From positions 1 through 64,000 of the forward strand of contig CAZSKP010000021.1 in the NCBI GenBank assembly GCA_964607485.1: 64,000 nucleotides of DNA. The letters run 5' to 3'. The DNA comes from an uncultured bacterium. Lineage in GTDB: Bacteria; Abyssobacteria; SURF-5. Position numbers and translations under genes: made by a program. This document shows positions 1 to 9,263 of the stretch, piece after piece. Within the stretch, counting starts at the first letter, position 1, and each line of letters starts with the position of its first letter. A model generated the notes under the pieces. The model was not told where the DNA came from and ran no database searches. It saw only the letters and a list, made by a program, of their open reading frames with translations.

Positions 1-16
1 CGGGAAGGAAGGCAGA

Positions 17-946
17 ATGGGCCGCATTTACAGGAACATCACCGAGACCGTAGGAAACACCCCGCTTGTTCGACTCAATCGCGTGACGCAAGGCGTGCAC
101 GCCAACGTGGCCGCCAAACTCGAATCATTTAATCCCGTCGGAAGCGTGAAGGACCGTATCGGCATCAGCATGATCAACGCTGCGGAGGCGCAGGGGCTCA
201 TTAGTGAGAAGACGACGATAATAGAGCCCACGAGCGGGAACACGGGAATTGCCCTGGCATTTGTTGCCGCGGCCCGCGGGTACCGCCTGATACTTACCAT
301 GCCCGAAACCATGAGCGCGGAACGGCGCACGCTCCTGAAGCTTCTCGGGGCGGAATTGGTGCTGACCCCCGGTTCGGGAGGCATGAAGGGCGCCGTCGCG
401 AAGGCTGAGGAGCTCGCCGGGAAGATCGAAAATTCTTTCGTTCCGCAGCAATTCAACAATCCCGCCAACCCTGCGATTCACAGGGAGACGACGGCCGAGG
501 AGGTGTGGAGCGACACCGACGGCCAGATCGACATTTTCGTTGCGGGTGTCGGAACGGGCGGCACCATCACCGGGGTGGGCGAGGTGCTCAAACAGAGGAA
601 GGCCGGCATTCAGATCGTGGCCGTCGAGCCCGCAGACTCGCCTGTGCTGTCCGGCGGAGAGCCCGGCCCTCACAAGATCCAGGGAATCGGAGCCGGATTC
701 ATTCCCAAGGTTCTCAAACGCGAACTCATAGACGAGGTAATACGCGTGACCAACGACGAAGCAATCCGCACGGCTCGACGCCTGGCCGCCGAAGAGGGCA
801 TCCTCTGCGGGATATCTTCCGGGGCCGCATGCTGTGCCGCGCTCGAGGTGGCCCGCAGGGAAGAGAACGCGGGAAGGCTGATCGTCGTCTTGTTGCCCGA
901 TACGGGCGAGAGATATCTCTCGACGGAACTCGTCGAACGCGTCTGA
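17..946 (+). CDS. cysK: cysteine synthase A
   Basis: PLP-Lys motif [30 protein letters not shown] and C-terminal DTGERYLS. Confidence 0.95.
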   Translation: MGRIYRNITETVGNTPLVRLNRVTQGVHANVAAKLESFNPVGSVKDRIGISMINAAEAQGLISEKTTIIEPTSGNTGIALAFVAAARGYRLILTMPETMSAERRTLLKLLGAELVLTPGSGGMKGAVAKAEELAGKIENSFVPQQFNNPANPAIHRETTAEEVWSDTDGQIDIFVAGVGTGGTITGVGEVLKQRKAGIQIVAVEPADSPVLSGGEPGPHKIQGIGAGFIPKVLKRELIDEVIRVTNDEAIRTARRLAAEEGILCGISSGAACCAALEVARREENAGRLIVVLLPDTGERYLSTELVERV

Positions 947-953
947 GGTGAGA

Positions 954-1250
954 CTAGAAGGAAGGGTCCGGTTGGGGTTGTGTCTCGCCTGTCTGAGACT
1001 GCTGCCCGCCTTCCGCTTGAGAGGCTGCTTCGGGCGATTCGTGAACCGGCACAGTCCCGATGTCCGGTGAATTGACGTTTGCATGAGACCGGGCGATTAT
1101 TGATGCGACCACAATCAACGCGCAGACGAGCAGAAGGCTTGCGAACGCAAGCAGGCTCATCTTGAGGTCCATCTTCTTTTCATCTTCTTCCGGCTGCGCC
1201 GAGAGGCTCTCACGTTCTTGCGGTGTCAGGCCCGGCTGATTCTGTTCCAA
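954..1250 (-). CDS. hypothetical single-pass membrane protein
   Basis: TTG start after a GGGGGAGAG SD-like run; one hydrophobic segment (LLAFASLLLVCALIVVASII) flanked by Q/P/E-rich sequence. Confidence 0.6.
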   Translation of the reverse strand: MEQNQPGLTPQERESLSAQPEEDEKKMDLKMSLLAFASLLLVCALIVVASIIARSHANVNSPDIGTVPVHESPEAASQAEGGQQSQTGETQPQPDPSF

Positions 1251-1271
1251 AGCTCTCCCCCCGCGACGGAG

Positions 1272-1379
1272 TCATTTCTTCTTGAGGATTTCCATGATTG
1301 TCAGGACGACGTAGGTCGTTCCCCCTACGACTACGGCCACGATGAGCACGAGAATGGTTCGTATCAAGAGGGTTCTCAT
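1272..1379 (-). CDS. 35-aa small membrane protein (not in ORF track)
   Basis: Manual translation MRTLLIRTILVLIVAVVVGGTTYVVLTIMEILKKK; TM helix plus basic tail; TTGAAA-17-TAGACT promoter upstream at ~1475-1503; no clear SD. Confidence 0.5.
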   Translation of the reverse strand: MRTLLIRTILVLIVAVVVGGTTYVVLTIMEILKKK

Positions 1380-1620
1380 TGATCAAATGTTGGCAAATCG
1401 GGAGCGGAAACCGAGCCTTCGTTCGCCTCGTTCTCACGGATGCGCATACAGCTCTTCCCAGCCGTTGCGTCGAGTCTAGCACATCGACTATGGATTTTCA
1501 ATTTCCGTTGTATTATAATGTTAATAAGGTTGCAATTACGAGAAACAGAGAATCCGCATCCGCAATGGCTCGTGCCGGCGCGGATAGCTTGGATGGAGTG
1601 AAAGAAAGGAAGGCAGTGAA

Positions 1621-2163
1621 GTGAAGCGTTGGAAGACCCGCTTAACGGGGTTACTAGTCATATCGGCGGCCTTGCTGGTATCGCCCGCAGAGCCGAGCGT
1701 TGCGGAGGGTTCGTTCAAGATTCCGGCCAAGGCCACCGCAAAAACGCTCGACGGGAAGACCGTCAGTCTGACCGATTACAAAGGCAAGGTAGTTTTTCTG
1801 AATGTCTGGAAGACGGATTGCATACCCTGCCTTGTCGAGATCCCGATCCTGAACAGACTTCAAAAGGAGTATTCGTCCGAAGACTTTACGGTCATCGGGC
1901 TCGCAATGGACAGGGGAAAAGACAAGCGCGTTGCCGCGGTAGCCGAGAAAGCGAATATAATTCATCCAATCTGGCTCGGTTATGGTCAACCAATCGCCAG
2001 ATATGTTGACGTTGGCATTACGCCGTTCCTGTGGGTCCTTGGGCCCGACGGCGAGCTGCTCTTTTCCATTCCCGGAGCGTTTCCGACGTACGACGATGCG
2101 GTGAGGGCCATGAAGTGGGCGCGTATCCTCGCCCGCTCGGCCCAACCGGCGAAACAGCCGTAA
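1621..2163 (+). CDS. TlpA/ResA-family thiol-disulfide reductase, exported
   Basis: Signal peptide, KGKVVFLNVWKTDCIPC (CxxC), cis-Pro region GITP. Confidence 0.85.
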   Translation: MKRWKTRLTGLLVISAALLVSPAEPSVAEGSFKIPAKATAKTLDGKTVSLTDYKGKVVFLNVWKTDCIPCLVEIPILNRLQKEYSSEDFTVIGLAMDRGKDKRVAAVAEKANIIHPIWLGYGQPIARYVDVGITPFLWVLGPDGELLFSIPGAFPTYDDAVRAMKWARILARSAQPAKQP

Positions 2164-2181
2164 GTGCTGTCACAAAAAGAC

Positions 2182-2210
2182 TTGACAATAGTTTTTCGGT
2201 ATGGTAGGAT
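2182..2210 (+). promoter_or_regulatory. sigma70-type promoter
   Basis: TTGACA-17bp-TAGGAT about 210 bp upstream of the cytochrome c gene. Confidence 0.65.
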
Positions 2211-2417
2211 TAACCCGAAAATAGGGTCTTATCTTCTTCCATCCGCCGGGGAAATGGGTAGGGCGGAGCGTTCGCGGGCGACTCTGCCATCCAGTGGCTT
2301 TATGCGAAGCGACCTGAGCGGAATTTTCTTTGAGCGTGCCTTCCGAATCTTGGGTCAAGGCGGCGGAGTGAACGTACAATTGGGTTAGACCGGGTCAAAA
2401 AGGGAGAAGGAAGGAAA

Positions 2418-4481
2418 ATGAATAACTCCAGAGGCTTCAGCTTAGGGGAGCGGTTTCTGTGTGGCGTCTGCGTCCTGTTTCTCTTGTTCATCTTATCCAC
2501 TCCGGCTTCGGCACAAACGTATTCCTCTGGTGGCGAAGAATTATTCAAGGAGAAGTGTGCCATCTGTCATTCGCAGGACAGGGCGCTGAACCGGTTTGAC
2601 CCCACGGAAAGTTGGGAAAAGGTCGTAGCACGTCAGCGGTCAAAAGCTCCCTTCTGGATAAGTTCCGAGGAAGCCGCCACAATCACGGAGTACCTGCAGA
2701 ACAGGGACAAGAGGATCTCCTCCGGCCGACCGGACTTGCTCCCCGAGGCGATGGCGACGCGCCAGAACCTCATTGTTGTGGAACCCGCGGCCAGGCTGAA
2801 CGACAACGTATCCGAGTCTCGATTCGATACGGCTGCCGCCGCCTATGCAGCGAACGAGTTGCTGCTGAGCGGCGTTCCTTTCTTCGAAAAAATCACGCAG
2901 CTCGGCCTCCCGACCGACAATGAGCTCGTGAGCATCACATCAGAGGAAGCCTACTGGTATTCTAGATACATCCTGTCCGCCCTCAACATGGAGTCGGGCA
3001 TGGGGCTTCATCTCCTTCAATCCCGACGCACGATATTGCAGGCGGAAGAGGAAGGGGTTTCACCCCAAGATTTCTACAACAAATTTCTCGAACGCGTCAA
3101 AGAACGAACGGGCCAGCAGACACCGCCCGAGGGGATGTATCCAATATTTGTCGAATTCGCTTCCGGCGAGCCGGAACTGACCGAGCTGCCCGATTTCAAA
3201 GACTACGCCACCCTGAGGTGGAACCCGCAGAAATTCGATAAGACCATCACGCCGGCCGCCCTGGGCCAGACCCTCTACAAGCAGGCACTGTGGGCCGAGT
3301 ATTTCTTCGGCTCGAAGCATGGCGAGAACCTGTTGGGCAATGACGCCGTTGAAGGGTATATCGGTTCGATATTGGTGGCCGAGGCCGCCGCGAAGATGCA
3401 TTTCCTGAGGTCCGAAATGGCCTACGACGGCAGAGAGCTCGGCGCAGTGAATCCTTTCACGTACGAGGCGAAGCTGCTCTACTATCCGCATCAGATACTC
3501 GTTGAGCTTTCCTATCCCGAGGGTTTGCCCCCCGTGCCGGTCTCATATCAAGTCGTCGACCCCAACAGCAGCTTGTTTGACCAGGCGTCGCTCCTGTTGG
3601 GAACGAGCGAGTTCTACCATTTCTCGGACCCCAAGATCGAGGATAACTGGGACGCCGTCTTCGGTTCACCCGCCGAGGGCGCACTGTTCCCGCCCGAGCC
3701 TCACAACACGGCCAAGGGCCTGGCGGGAGTAGTGCTGAAGAACATGGTCGCGATGCATTTCGACCCGGTTCGTCAAACGTTCGTTTCCACGTGGGCCAAC
3801 GGCGAACGGGGCAACACGATATCGTCGCTCGACGCCGGTCTGGCGCTGCTCGCGCTCGCGAACACCTACAATGCATTCCATGATGACGAGGATCTGAGGC
3901 AGGGCGCGAAAAAGATGCTCGAGCGCCAGGCGGAGTTCTTGTCAGAATACATGCAACTTTCCGACGGCGGGTTTGTCGACAGCTACAACCTCGAAACGAG
4001 CGCACATTCGGAGGTGGCTCGCACTCTCGCCTCGCAGGCAATGGCGGTGCGCGGCCTTATAGCGGCGTATCAGGTGACGGACAACTCGAGCTATCTCGAG
4101 TCGGCCATGAGCGCGCTTACCTTCATGAATAAGAACCTGTGGTCCTCCGCCGCCAAGATGTACCGGTCGGCCGAGGGCGCCGAACTTTCCCGTTACTCCC
4201 CCCTCGACGTCGGAGCGACCTTGGGCGCATTGAGGGAAATCGTGCTCGTCAAACAGGACAACGAGGCGCTCAACAGGTTCAAGATATTCTTTGTTACCGC
4301 GCTGAAGAAGAACGGCATGCAGCTTGCGGAACTGGAGCCTACGGGCGAAAAGATGGGAAGCGTGCGGGATGTGATGACGCCCGACTCCGACGGCGACGGC
4401 GTGAGAAAGCCCCAGTTTGCCGGAGGCAAGTTCGGAATTGCTCCCGTAGTTGCCGGGCAAATAGAGGTCTCGACTCCGTAG
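2418..4481 (+). CDS. exported monoheme c-type cytochrome fused to large helical (alpha/alpha-toroid-like) domain of unknown function
   Basis: Signal peptide ending ASA; CAICH at aa 47-51; helical repeat-like C-terminal half; DSDGDG Ca-binding-like motif near C-terminus; AAGGAAGG SD. Confidence 0.75.
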   Translation: MNNSRGFSLGERFLCGVCVLFLLFILSTPASAQTYSSGGEELFKEKCAICHSQDRALNRFDPTESWEKVVARQRSKAPFWISSEEAATITEYLQNRDKRISSGRPDLLPEAMATRQNLIVVEPAARLNDNVSESRFDTAAAAYAANELLLSGVPFFEKITQLGLPTDNELVSITSEEAYWYSRYILSALNMESGMGLHLLQSRRTILQAEEEGVSPQDFYNKFLERVKERTGQQTPPEGMYPIFVEFASGEPELTELPDFKDYATLRWNPQKFDKTITPAALGQTLYKQALWAEYFFGSKHGENLLGNDAVEGYIGSILVAEAAAKMHFLRSEMAYDGRELGAVNPFTYEAKLLYYPHQILVELSYPEGLPPVPVSYQVVDPNSSLFDQASLLLGTSEFYHFSDPKIEDNWDAVFGSPAEGALFPPEPHNTAKGLAGVVLKNMVAMHFDPVRQTFVSTWANGERGNTISSLDAGLALLALANTYNAFHDDEDLRQGAKKMLERQAEFLSEYMQLSDGGFVDSYNLETSAHSEVARTLASQAMAVRGLIAAYQVTDNSSYLESAMSALTFMNKNLWSSAAKMYRSAEGAELSRYSPLDVGATLGALREIVLVKQDNEALNRFKIFFVTALKKNGMQLAELEPTGEKMGSVRDVMTPDSDGDGVRKPQFAGGKFGIAPVVAGQIEVSTP

Positions 4482-4521
4482 AGAGCGAGTCGGACCCGAG
4501 CGGGGAGCGGAGAGGAGGAGA

Positions 4522-4737
4522 ATGGGCATGGCTTCCGCTCCACAGATCACAAAAGACATGAGAATCGAGGAGGTCATAAAGCGGTATCCCAAGACCATAG
4601 GCGCGTTCGAACGATTTGGCCTCAGATGCACGGGCTGTTGCGTGTCGGCATTGGAGGATATCGAAGAAGGCGCTCTCTCTCACGGCATAGATCTCGACAA
4701 TCTGCTTGATGAACTCAACCGCGTCGCGCAGGAATGA
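4522..4737 (+). CDS. DUF1858 / hybrid-cluster-associated redox disulfide domain protein
   Basis: ITKDMRIEEVIKRYP...GLRCTGC...HGIDLDNLLDELN pattern. Confidence 0.85.
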   Translation: MGMASAPQITKDMRIEEVIKRYPKTIGAFERFGLRCTGCCVSALEDIEEGALSHGIDLDNLLDELNRVAQE

Positions 4738-5664
4738 ATGTCACGCGGCCCACGCGCGATGAACAAAAATCCCAGGTCGGACCGGGCAAGGGCGCGTCCA
4801 AAGCCGAAGCGCGCTCCGTCTGAGTCGCATCTCTCCGAGCTTCAGAAGACCTCTCACACTGCAAGACTCATCACGTTCACGACCGACTTCGGAACTGCCG
4901 ACGCCTATGTGGGTGTCATAAAGGGCGTGGTCGCCGGCATCAGCCCCAAGGCGCGCGTCATCGACCTGTGCCACCATGTTCCGCCGCAGGACATACGCGC
5001 CGCGGCGTTCCTGCTGGCAGGCTCGTTTGGATACTTTCCGCCCGGAACAATTCACGTAGTCGTCGTCGACCCCACCGTCGGAGGCGAACGGCGGGCGTTG
5101 TGCGTTCAGGCGGGGCGATACTTTTTCGTCGGACCCGACAACGGCGTCCTCTCTCTCGCATGCTACCGCTCCGGTCGCCCGAAGATATTCCTGCTCGAGA
5201 ACGAGAAGTACTTCCTTGAAAACCCTAGCCGCACCTTCCATGGACGCGACGTCTTCGCACCCGTTGCCGCTCACCTCTCAGCGGGCGTTCCCGTCGAATC
5301 GTTCGGGCGCAGGGCGCGCTCGATGGTGCGGATACGTCTGCCCATGCCGGTCGTCGAGCGCGGTCGGCGCATCAAGGGCGAAGTAATCCACATCGACAGC
5401 TTCGGCAATCTCATCACCAACATCGAGGAGGCGGGTATTCGAAAGGTCTTCCAACGAGCCGACAAACGCGACCTCGTTATTGCGTGCACCGGCCATCGGA
5501 TACATGCTTTGAGCGAGACCTACGGAGACACATCGCCGGGCACGGCGGTGGCTCTTTTCGGAAGTTATGACCTCATGGAAATCGCCGTTCGTGACGGCAA
5601 CGCGTCGTCGAGGCTGGGAGCGAAACAGGGCGACCCGGTCAGCGTTGAACTGAGCGAACGCTGA
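4738..5664 (+). CDS. SAM hydroxide adenosyltransferase (DUF62; chlorinase/fluorinase family)
   Basis: TTDFG, VVDPTVG, GPDNG, TFHGRDVFAP, IDSFGNLITN motifs; start may be 4759. Confidence 0.9.
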   Translation: MSRGPRAMNKNPRSDRARARPKPKRAPSESHLSELQKTSHTARLITFTTDFGTADAYVGVIKGVVAGISPKARVIDLCHHVPPQDIRAAAFLLAGSFGYFPPGTIHVVVVDPTVGGERRALCVQAGRYFFVGPDNGVLSLACYRSGRPKIFLLENEKYFLENPSRTFHGRDVFAPVAAHLSAGVPVESFGRRARSMVRIRLPMPVVERGRRIKGEVIHIDSFGNLITNIEEAGIRKVFQRADKRDLVIACTGHRIHALSETYGDTSPGTAVALFGSYDLMEIAVRDGNASSRLGAKQGDPVSVELSER

Positions 5665-5699
5665 GCGGCGCACATTCCTCACGACAGGAGGGGGATCGC

Positions 5700-6158
5700 A
5701 TGACGGATATTCTCCGCGGCGTAGAGGCAGCGAAATTGCTCAAGAATATGATCCACGAAAAGACGCAGGTACACTCGGAGAGCGTTGACCTGACCGTGAA
5801 ATCCATAACGAGGGTGGCGACCGTCGGCAGCCTCGATTTCGGCGGAAGCGAGTTCGCTCCGGGCGAGAAGGTGCCGCTCGCTCCCAAGAAGATAAAGCCC
5901 GACGACAAATACGGCTGGTGGCTGCTGGCGACGGGCGAGTTTCTGGTGGAATACAACGAGGAACTCTCGCTGCCCCCGCATCATCTGGGAATCATTCAGC
6001 CGCATGAACGACTGATTGAGTGCGGAGTGACGCACAGCACCCGGTTTGTCACCGAGGCGGACGAAAGGCTTCTGTCTCTCATCCACGTCTGCCAGGCCGA
6101 CGTGCGCATAAAGGAGAACGCCCGGATATCGAAGCTGATTGTGCTGCAGCACGCATGA
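5700..6158 (+). CDS. divergent dCTP deaminase/dUTPase-fold protein
   Basis: SVDLTV, LDFGGSE, YGWWLLATGEFLVEYNE; lacks canonical RSS motif. Confidence 0.65.
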   Translation: MTDILRGVEAAKLLKNMIHEKTQVHSESVDLTVKSITRVATVGSLDFGGSEFAPGEKVPLAPKKIKPDDKYGWWLLATGEFLVEYNEELSLPPHHLGIIQPHERLIECGVTHSTRFVTEADERLLSLIHVCQADVRIKENARISKLIVLQHA

Positions 6159-6183
6159 GAGTGGGGCCGGCGCGGTCCCGCCT

Positions 6184-6867
6184 CTATCCCGACAGGATCT
6201 CCAGCCGAACCCTCGCGAGGCCTGTCTCCACCATCCCCAGGTCGGACGCCGCACCGTAGGACAGGTCTATGTCGCGTCCAGGTACGAACGGCCCTCGGTC
6301 GTTGATACGCACAACGCTCTGCCGGCCGTTTCGCAGGTTGGTCACACGGACAAGGGTTCCGAACGGCAGCGTCCGGTGGGCGGCGGTGTGAGCATGCATG
6401 TTATACACTTCGCCGCTGGCCGTCCGGCGTCCGTGAAACTTGCGTCCATACCACGAAGCGACTCCCGTGAAAACGCTTGTGCGTGTGCCGCTTCGCGCGG
6501 CGCGCTTGCTGAAACGGTCGCTTGAATCGGTGCGCCGTGCGCGCGTCCGCGACGTGGAGCCATAGTATCGTTTCGATTGAATCGCAGAGCCGGACGCTCT
6601 GGAGACTCGTTGGGGGGCGCTCATCCCGGCGTTGCGACGCGCTTCTTCGAGAAGCGACCCCGGTTGGCGAACCCGCTGTTCGTGGGGGAGGTAATACATG
6701 CGGATCTTCCTGGAATATGCAGGCGCCTCTGGGGTCACGCTTCGAGAATTGTATTCAGGCGATTCCAGAGATTCGGCGGTGAAGGCCTCGGCCGGGGGAG
6801 CAGCCAGGCAGATAGTCGCGAATACGCCGGCTGTTAAGAATATTTTCTTCCTTAGTTCCATCGCCAT
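6184..6867 (-). CDS. rlpA: septal ring lytic transglycosylase RlpA family protein
   Basis: GVASWYG, TASGE, TAAHRTLPFGT, INDRGPF, IDLS motifs; signal peptide; start approximate. Confidence 0.85.
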   Translation of the reverse strand: MAMELRKKIFLTAGVFATICLAAPPAEAFTAESLESPEYNSRSVTPEAPAYSRKIRMYYLPHEQRVRQPGSLLEEARRNAGMSAPQRVSRASGSAIQSKRYYGSTSRTRARRTDSSDRFSKRAARSGTRTSVFTGVASWYGRKFHGRRTASGEVYNMHAHTAAHRTLPFGTLVRVTNLRNGRQSVVRINDRGPFVPGRDIDLSYGAASDLGMVETGLARVRLEILSG

Positions 6868-7093
6868 TGTAATTAACGTTACTGTGGTCAATTTTATTCA
6901 AAACGGCAAGCAGCCCTTTCTCACGAGCAAATACCGTACCAAGACTCCAGCAGCGAGTGGCAACGAATTAACTCCGGTTCTGGCAAATAGTTAGGTGCTG
7001 CCGGCGGAAGAGGATGAGGGAGGGGACAGGCGAAAATCTGTCATAGGCTTTCCCTTTTTCGCCCACAAGCCTTCGATAACGCGAGACTCAGCG

Positions 7094-7130
7094 AAAAAAT
7101 GAGGGCGGCTCCCTGTGGAGAAACCGCCCT
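7094..7130 (-). terminator. intrinsic terminator
   Basis: AGGGCGG/CCGCCCT stem followed on the minus strand by a U6 tract. Confidence 0.7.
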
Positions 7131-7164
7131 GCGGAAACAAGGTTTTTTCAAAGCAGTGTCGTCG

Positions 7165-7338
7165 TTACTCCTCGTGTGGTTGAAGGGTGCCGCAGTGTAT
7201 GCAGCGCTGTGTGTTGAATTCTTTATCCTTCACCATTCCGAAGCGACCACAATGCCTGCAACCGCGGCTGAAGTCTTTGATCTCGACTTTAAGACCCGCG
7301 ACACTGTAGCTTTCGGTTTTTTCTTCTTCTTCGGTCAT
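7165..7338 (-). CDS. 57-aa zinc-ribbon protein (not in ORF track)
   Basis: Manual translation MTEEEEKTESYSVAGLKVEIKDFSRGCRHCGRFGMVKDKEFNTQRCIHCGTLQPHEE; two CxxCG knuckles; AAAGGTGG SD; terminator downstream. Confidence 0.8.
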   Translation of the reverse strand: MTEEEEKTESYSVAGLKVEIKDFSRGCRHCGRFGMVKDKEFNTQRCIHCGTLQPHEE

Positions 7339-7396
7339 TCTATAGAACCACCTTTCTCAATACTATTATGCAACTTGGGGTGAGATTCCCGCAAGC

Positions 7397-8194
7397 TTAC
7401 AGGCCCACACCCCCATCCACCTCGACCACCTGGGCGTTTATGCCGTCGGCCTGGGGGATCGCAAGGGCAAACACAGCGCCGGCGGCTTCCTCGGGAGTGA
7501 GGATGCGGCCGCCGCGCATCATGACAAACTGTTCGGCCATCGACCGCATCTGTTCGGGGATGCCTATGTTGGCGCCCAGTATCTTTTCGCCTCCGGTCGC
7601 CTGCGTGAGACGTGTCTCGACAAACCCGTAGGCCACGCAATTGCAGTTGACCTTCAGGCGGAGCCACTCCCTGGCGAGAACCCGCATGAGTCCGACTGCG
7701 CCGCTTTTGGCCGCTCCGTAATTCGTCTGGCCCGCGTTGCCGCGCGTTCCGGCCTCGGACGCCACAAAAATAACCCGCCTGAATTTTCCGTCCTGGCTCA
7801 GCTCTTTGAAGTGGGGATAGGCCAGTTTGCAGAGCATCCACGGAGCTTCCATGTGAACGCGCTCCATCAGCCGGAAATCATCGAGCTCCATCTTTTGAAT
7901 GACCTTGTCATTGCAGAATCCGGCCGAAGGAACCAGGATGTCCAACCCTTTGAAATTGTCGAGGGCGGCCTTTATCAGGCTTTCGTTCGTGGACTGCTCC
8001 ATCACGTTTCCCGCCACGGCGACTGCCTTCCCGCCGGCCTTCGTTATCGCGTTCGCGACCTCTTCGGCGGGCCCCTTGTCGAGGTCCGACACCACCACGC
8101 TCGCGCCTTCGCTGCCGAACATCTTCGCTGCCGCCGCGCCTATTCCCCGACCTGCGCCGGTTATCACAGCCACCTTACCGTCAAGCAAACCCAT
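7397..8194 (-). CDS. short-chain dehydrogenase/reductase (FabG-like)
   Basis: TGAGRGIG Rossmann motif, YGAAK catalytic motif, C-terminal VDGG. Confidence 0.9.
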   Translation of the reverse strand: MGLLDGKVAVITGAGRGIGAAAAKMFGSEGASVVVSDLDKGPAEEVANAITKAGGKAVAVAGNVMEQSTNESLIKAALDNFKGLDILVPSAGFCNDKVIQKMELDDFRLMERVHMEAPWMLCKLAYPHFKELSQDGKFRRVIFVASEAGTRGNAGQTNYGAAKSGAVGLMRVLAREWLRLKVNCNCVAYGFVETRLTQATGGEKILGANIGIPEQMRSMAEQFVMMRGGRILTPEEAAGAVFALAIPQADGINAQVVEVDGGVGL

Positions 8195-8445
8195 ATCCGC
8201 TGCCTCCTTCGTAATTGATGCCTAGGAAATTCCCAAACAGATTAAGGAGTGTCTTCCGCGATGTTTTGGTATGACGGGGAGCATCGCGCAGACCTCCTCC
8301 CGACGAAGCAGTGCTATTCTACCATATTTTCCGGGAATTGCAACACTTTTTTTGGCTTCGGGCACAAACGGCTCTACCGAGTATATGAGATGTGGGCATG
8401 GGGAAAAGATGGGCCGAAGCCGCGACGCACGGCAGACACGCGCGC

Positions 8446-8889
8446 TCAGCCGAAAAACTTATCGAAGTAGTCTTTGTCCGCCAGGAGATTCAGGTCAATC
8501 CTCAAGAAGTCCTGGACCTCCTCGGTCGTGATAGGTGAATCCACCTGGTTTCTTATGGACGGCGAGACGTCGCAGACGCCCTCGCTCTCACAGTGCTCGT
8601 TCTCTTCCGCTATGCGGTCTTCCGCCTCGCGTATGATTCGTTCGAGTCCGCCCTCGTCCACCGGCCCGCCGTGGGAGTTGATGTATTCCATGATGATGCG
8701 GGCAAGCGATTGGATTCTTTCCCCGAACTTGCCCTCGCCGAGCATCTTTCTCCTCAGGCCAATCACCTTGTTGTTGTACAATGCGACGGCTTCGCCGCAT
8801 ATCGGACACGGACCCATCAGGATGGTGCGTGGCGGGGGAGGAGATATGTAGCCGCTCGATTTGCAATATGGACATGTTACGCGAATCAT
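8446..8889 (-). CDS. hypothetical protein with N-terminal zinc ribbon
   Basis: CPYC...CPICG; GAGGGGGAG SD before ATG 8889. Confidence 0.7.
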   Translation of the reverse strand: MIRVTCPYCKSSGYISPPPPRTILMGPCPICGEAVALYNNKVIGLRRKMLGEGKFGERIQSLARIIMEYINSHGGPVDEGGLERIIREAEDRIAEENEHCESEGVCDVSPSIRNQVDSPITTEEVQDFLRIDLNLLADKDYFDKFFG

Positions 8890-9263
8890 TCGTTCATCTC
8901 CCCCTCTGCGATGATTACCGCTCAAAAGCCCTTTCGCACAACTATATTATAACACAAATGCTTGTGCACTTCAACACGACGCAAAAATGCGGGTAGGGCA
9001 TTGCCGGCGGGGGGGGATTTCTCTATCCGACAATGCCCTTTATGTTCGTGGTTCGTGGCCGCACGATGGGCTTAGGATCGTGCATGCACCCGCAAGTTAC
9101 TGCTGTCTCCTCATCAGGCGTCTGGCGGCTCGCGCTTCGATTGCGCAAACCTTCTGAACAGCTTTATTTCAAATTTCGCCGTCCCGTCCTGACACAACTC
9201 TCCGGCGGCGAAATGCTTGACCAAGTCCTTGAGCGATGGCCCACGCCGGTTCGATGCTGCAAG

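Noticed and set aside
4738-5664. Halogenase (fluorinase/chlorinase) interpretation of the DUF62 gene
   Set aside because: It retains the TFHGRD motif typical of the widespread SAM hydrolases, and there is no secondary-metabolite context.
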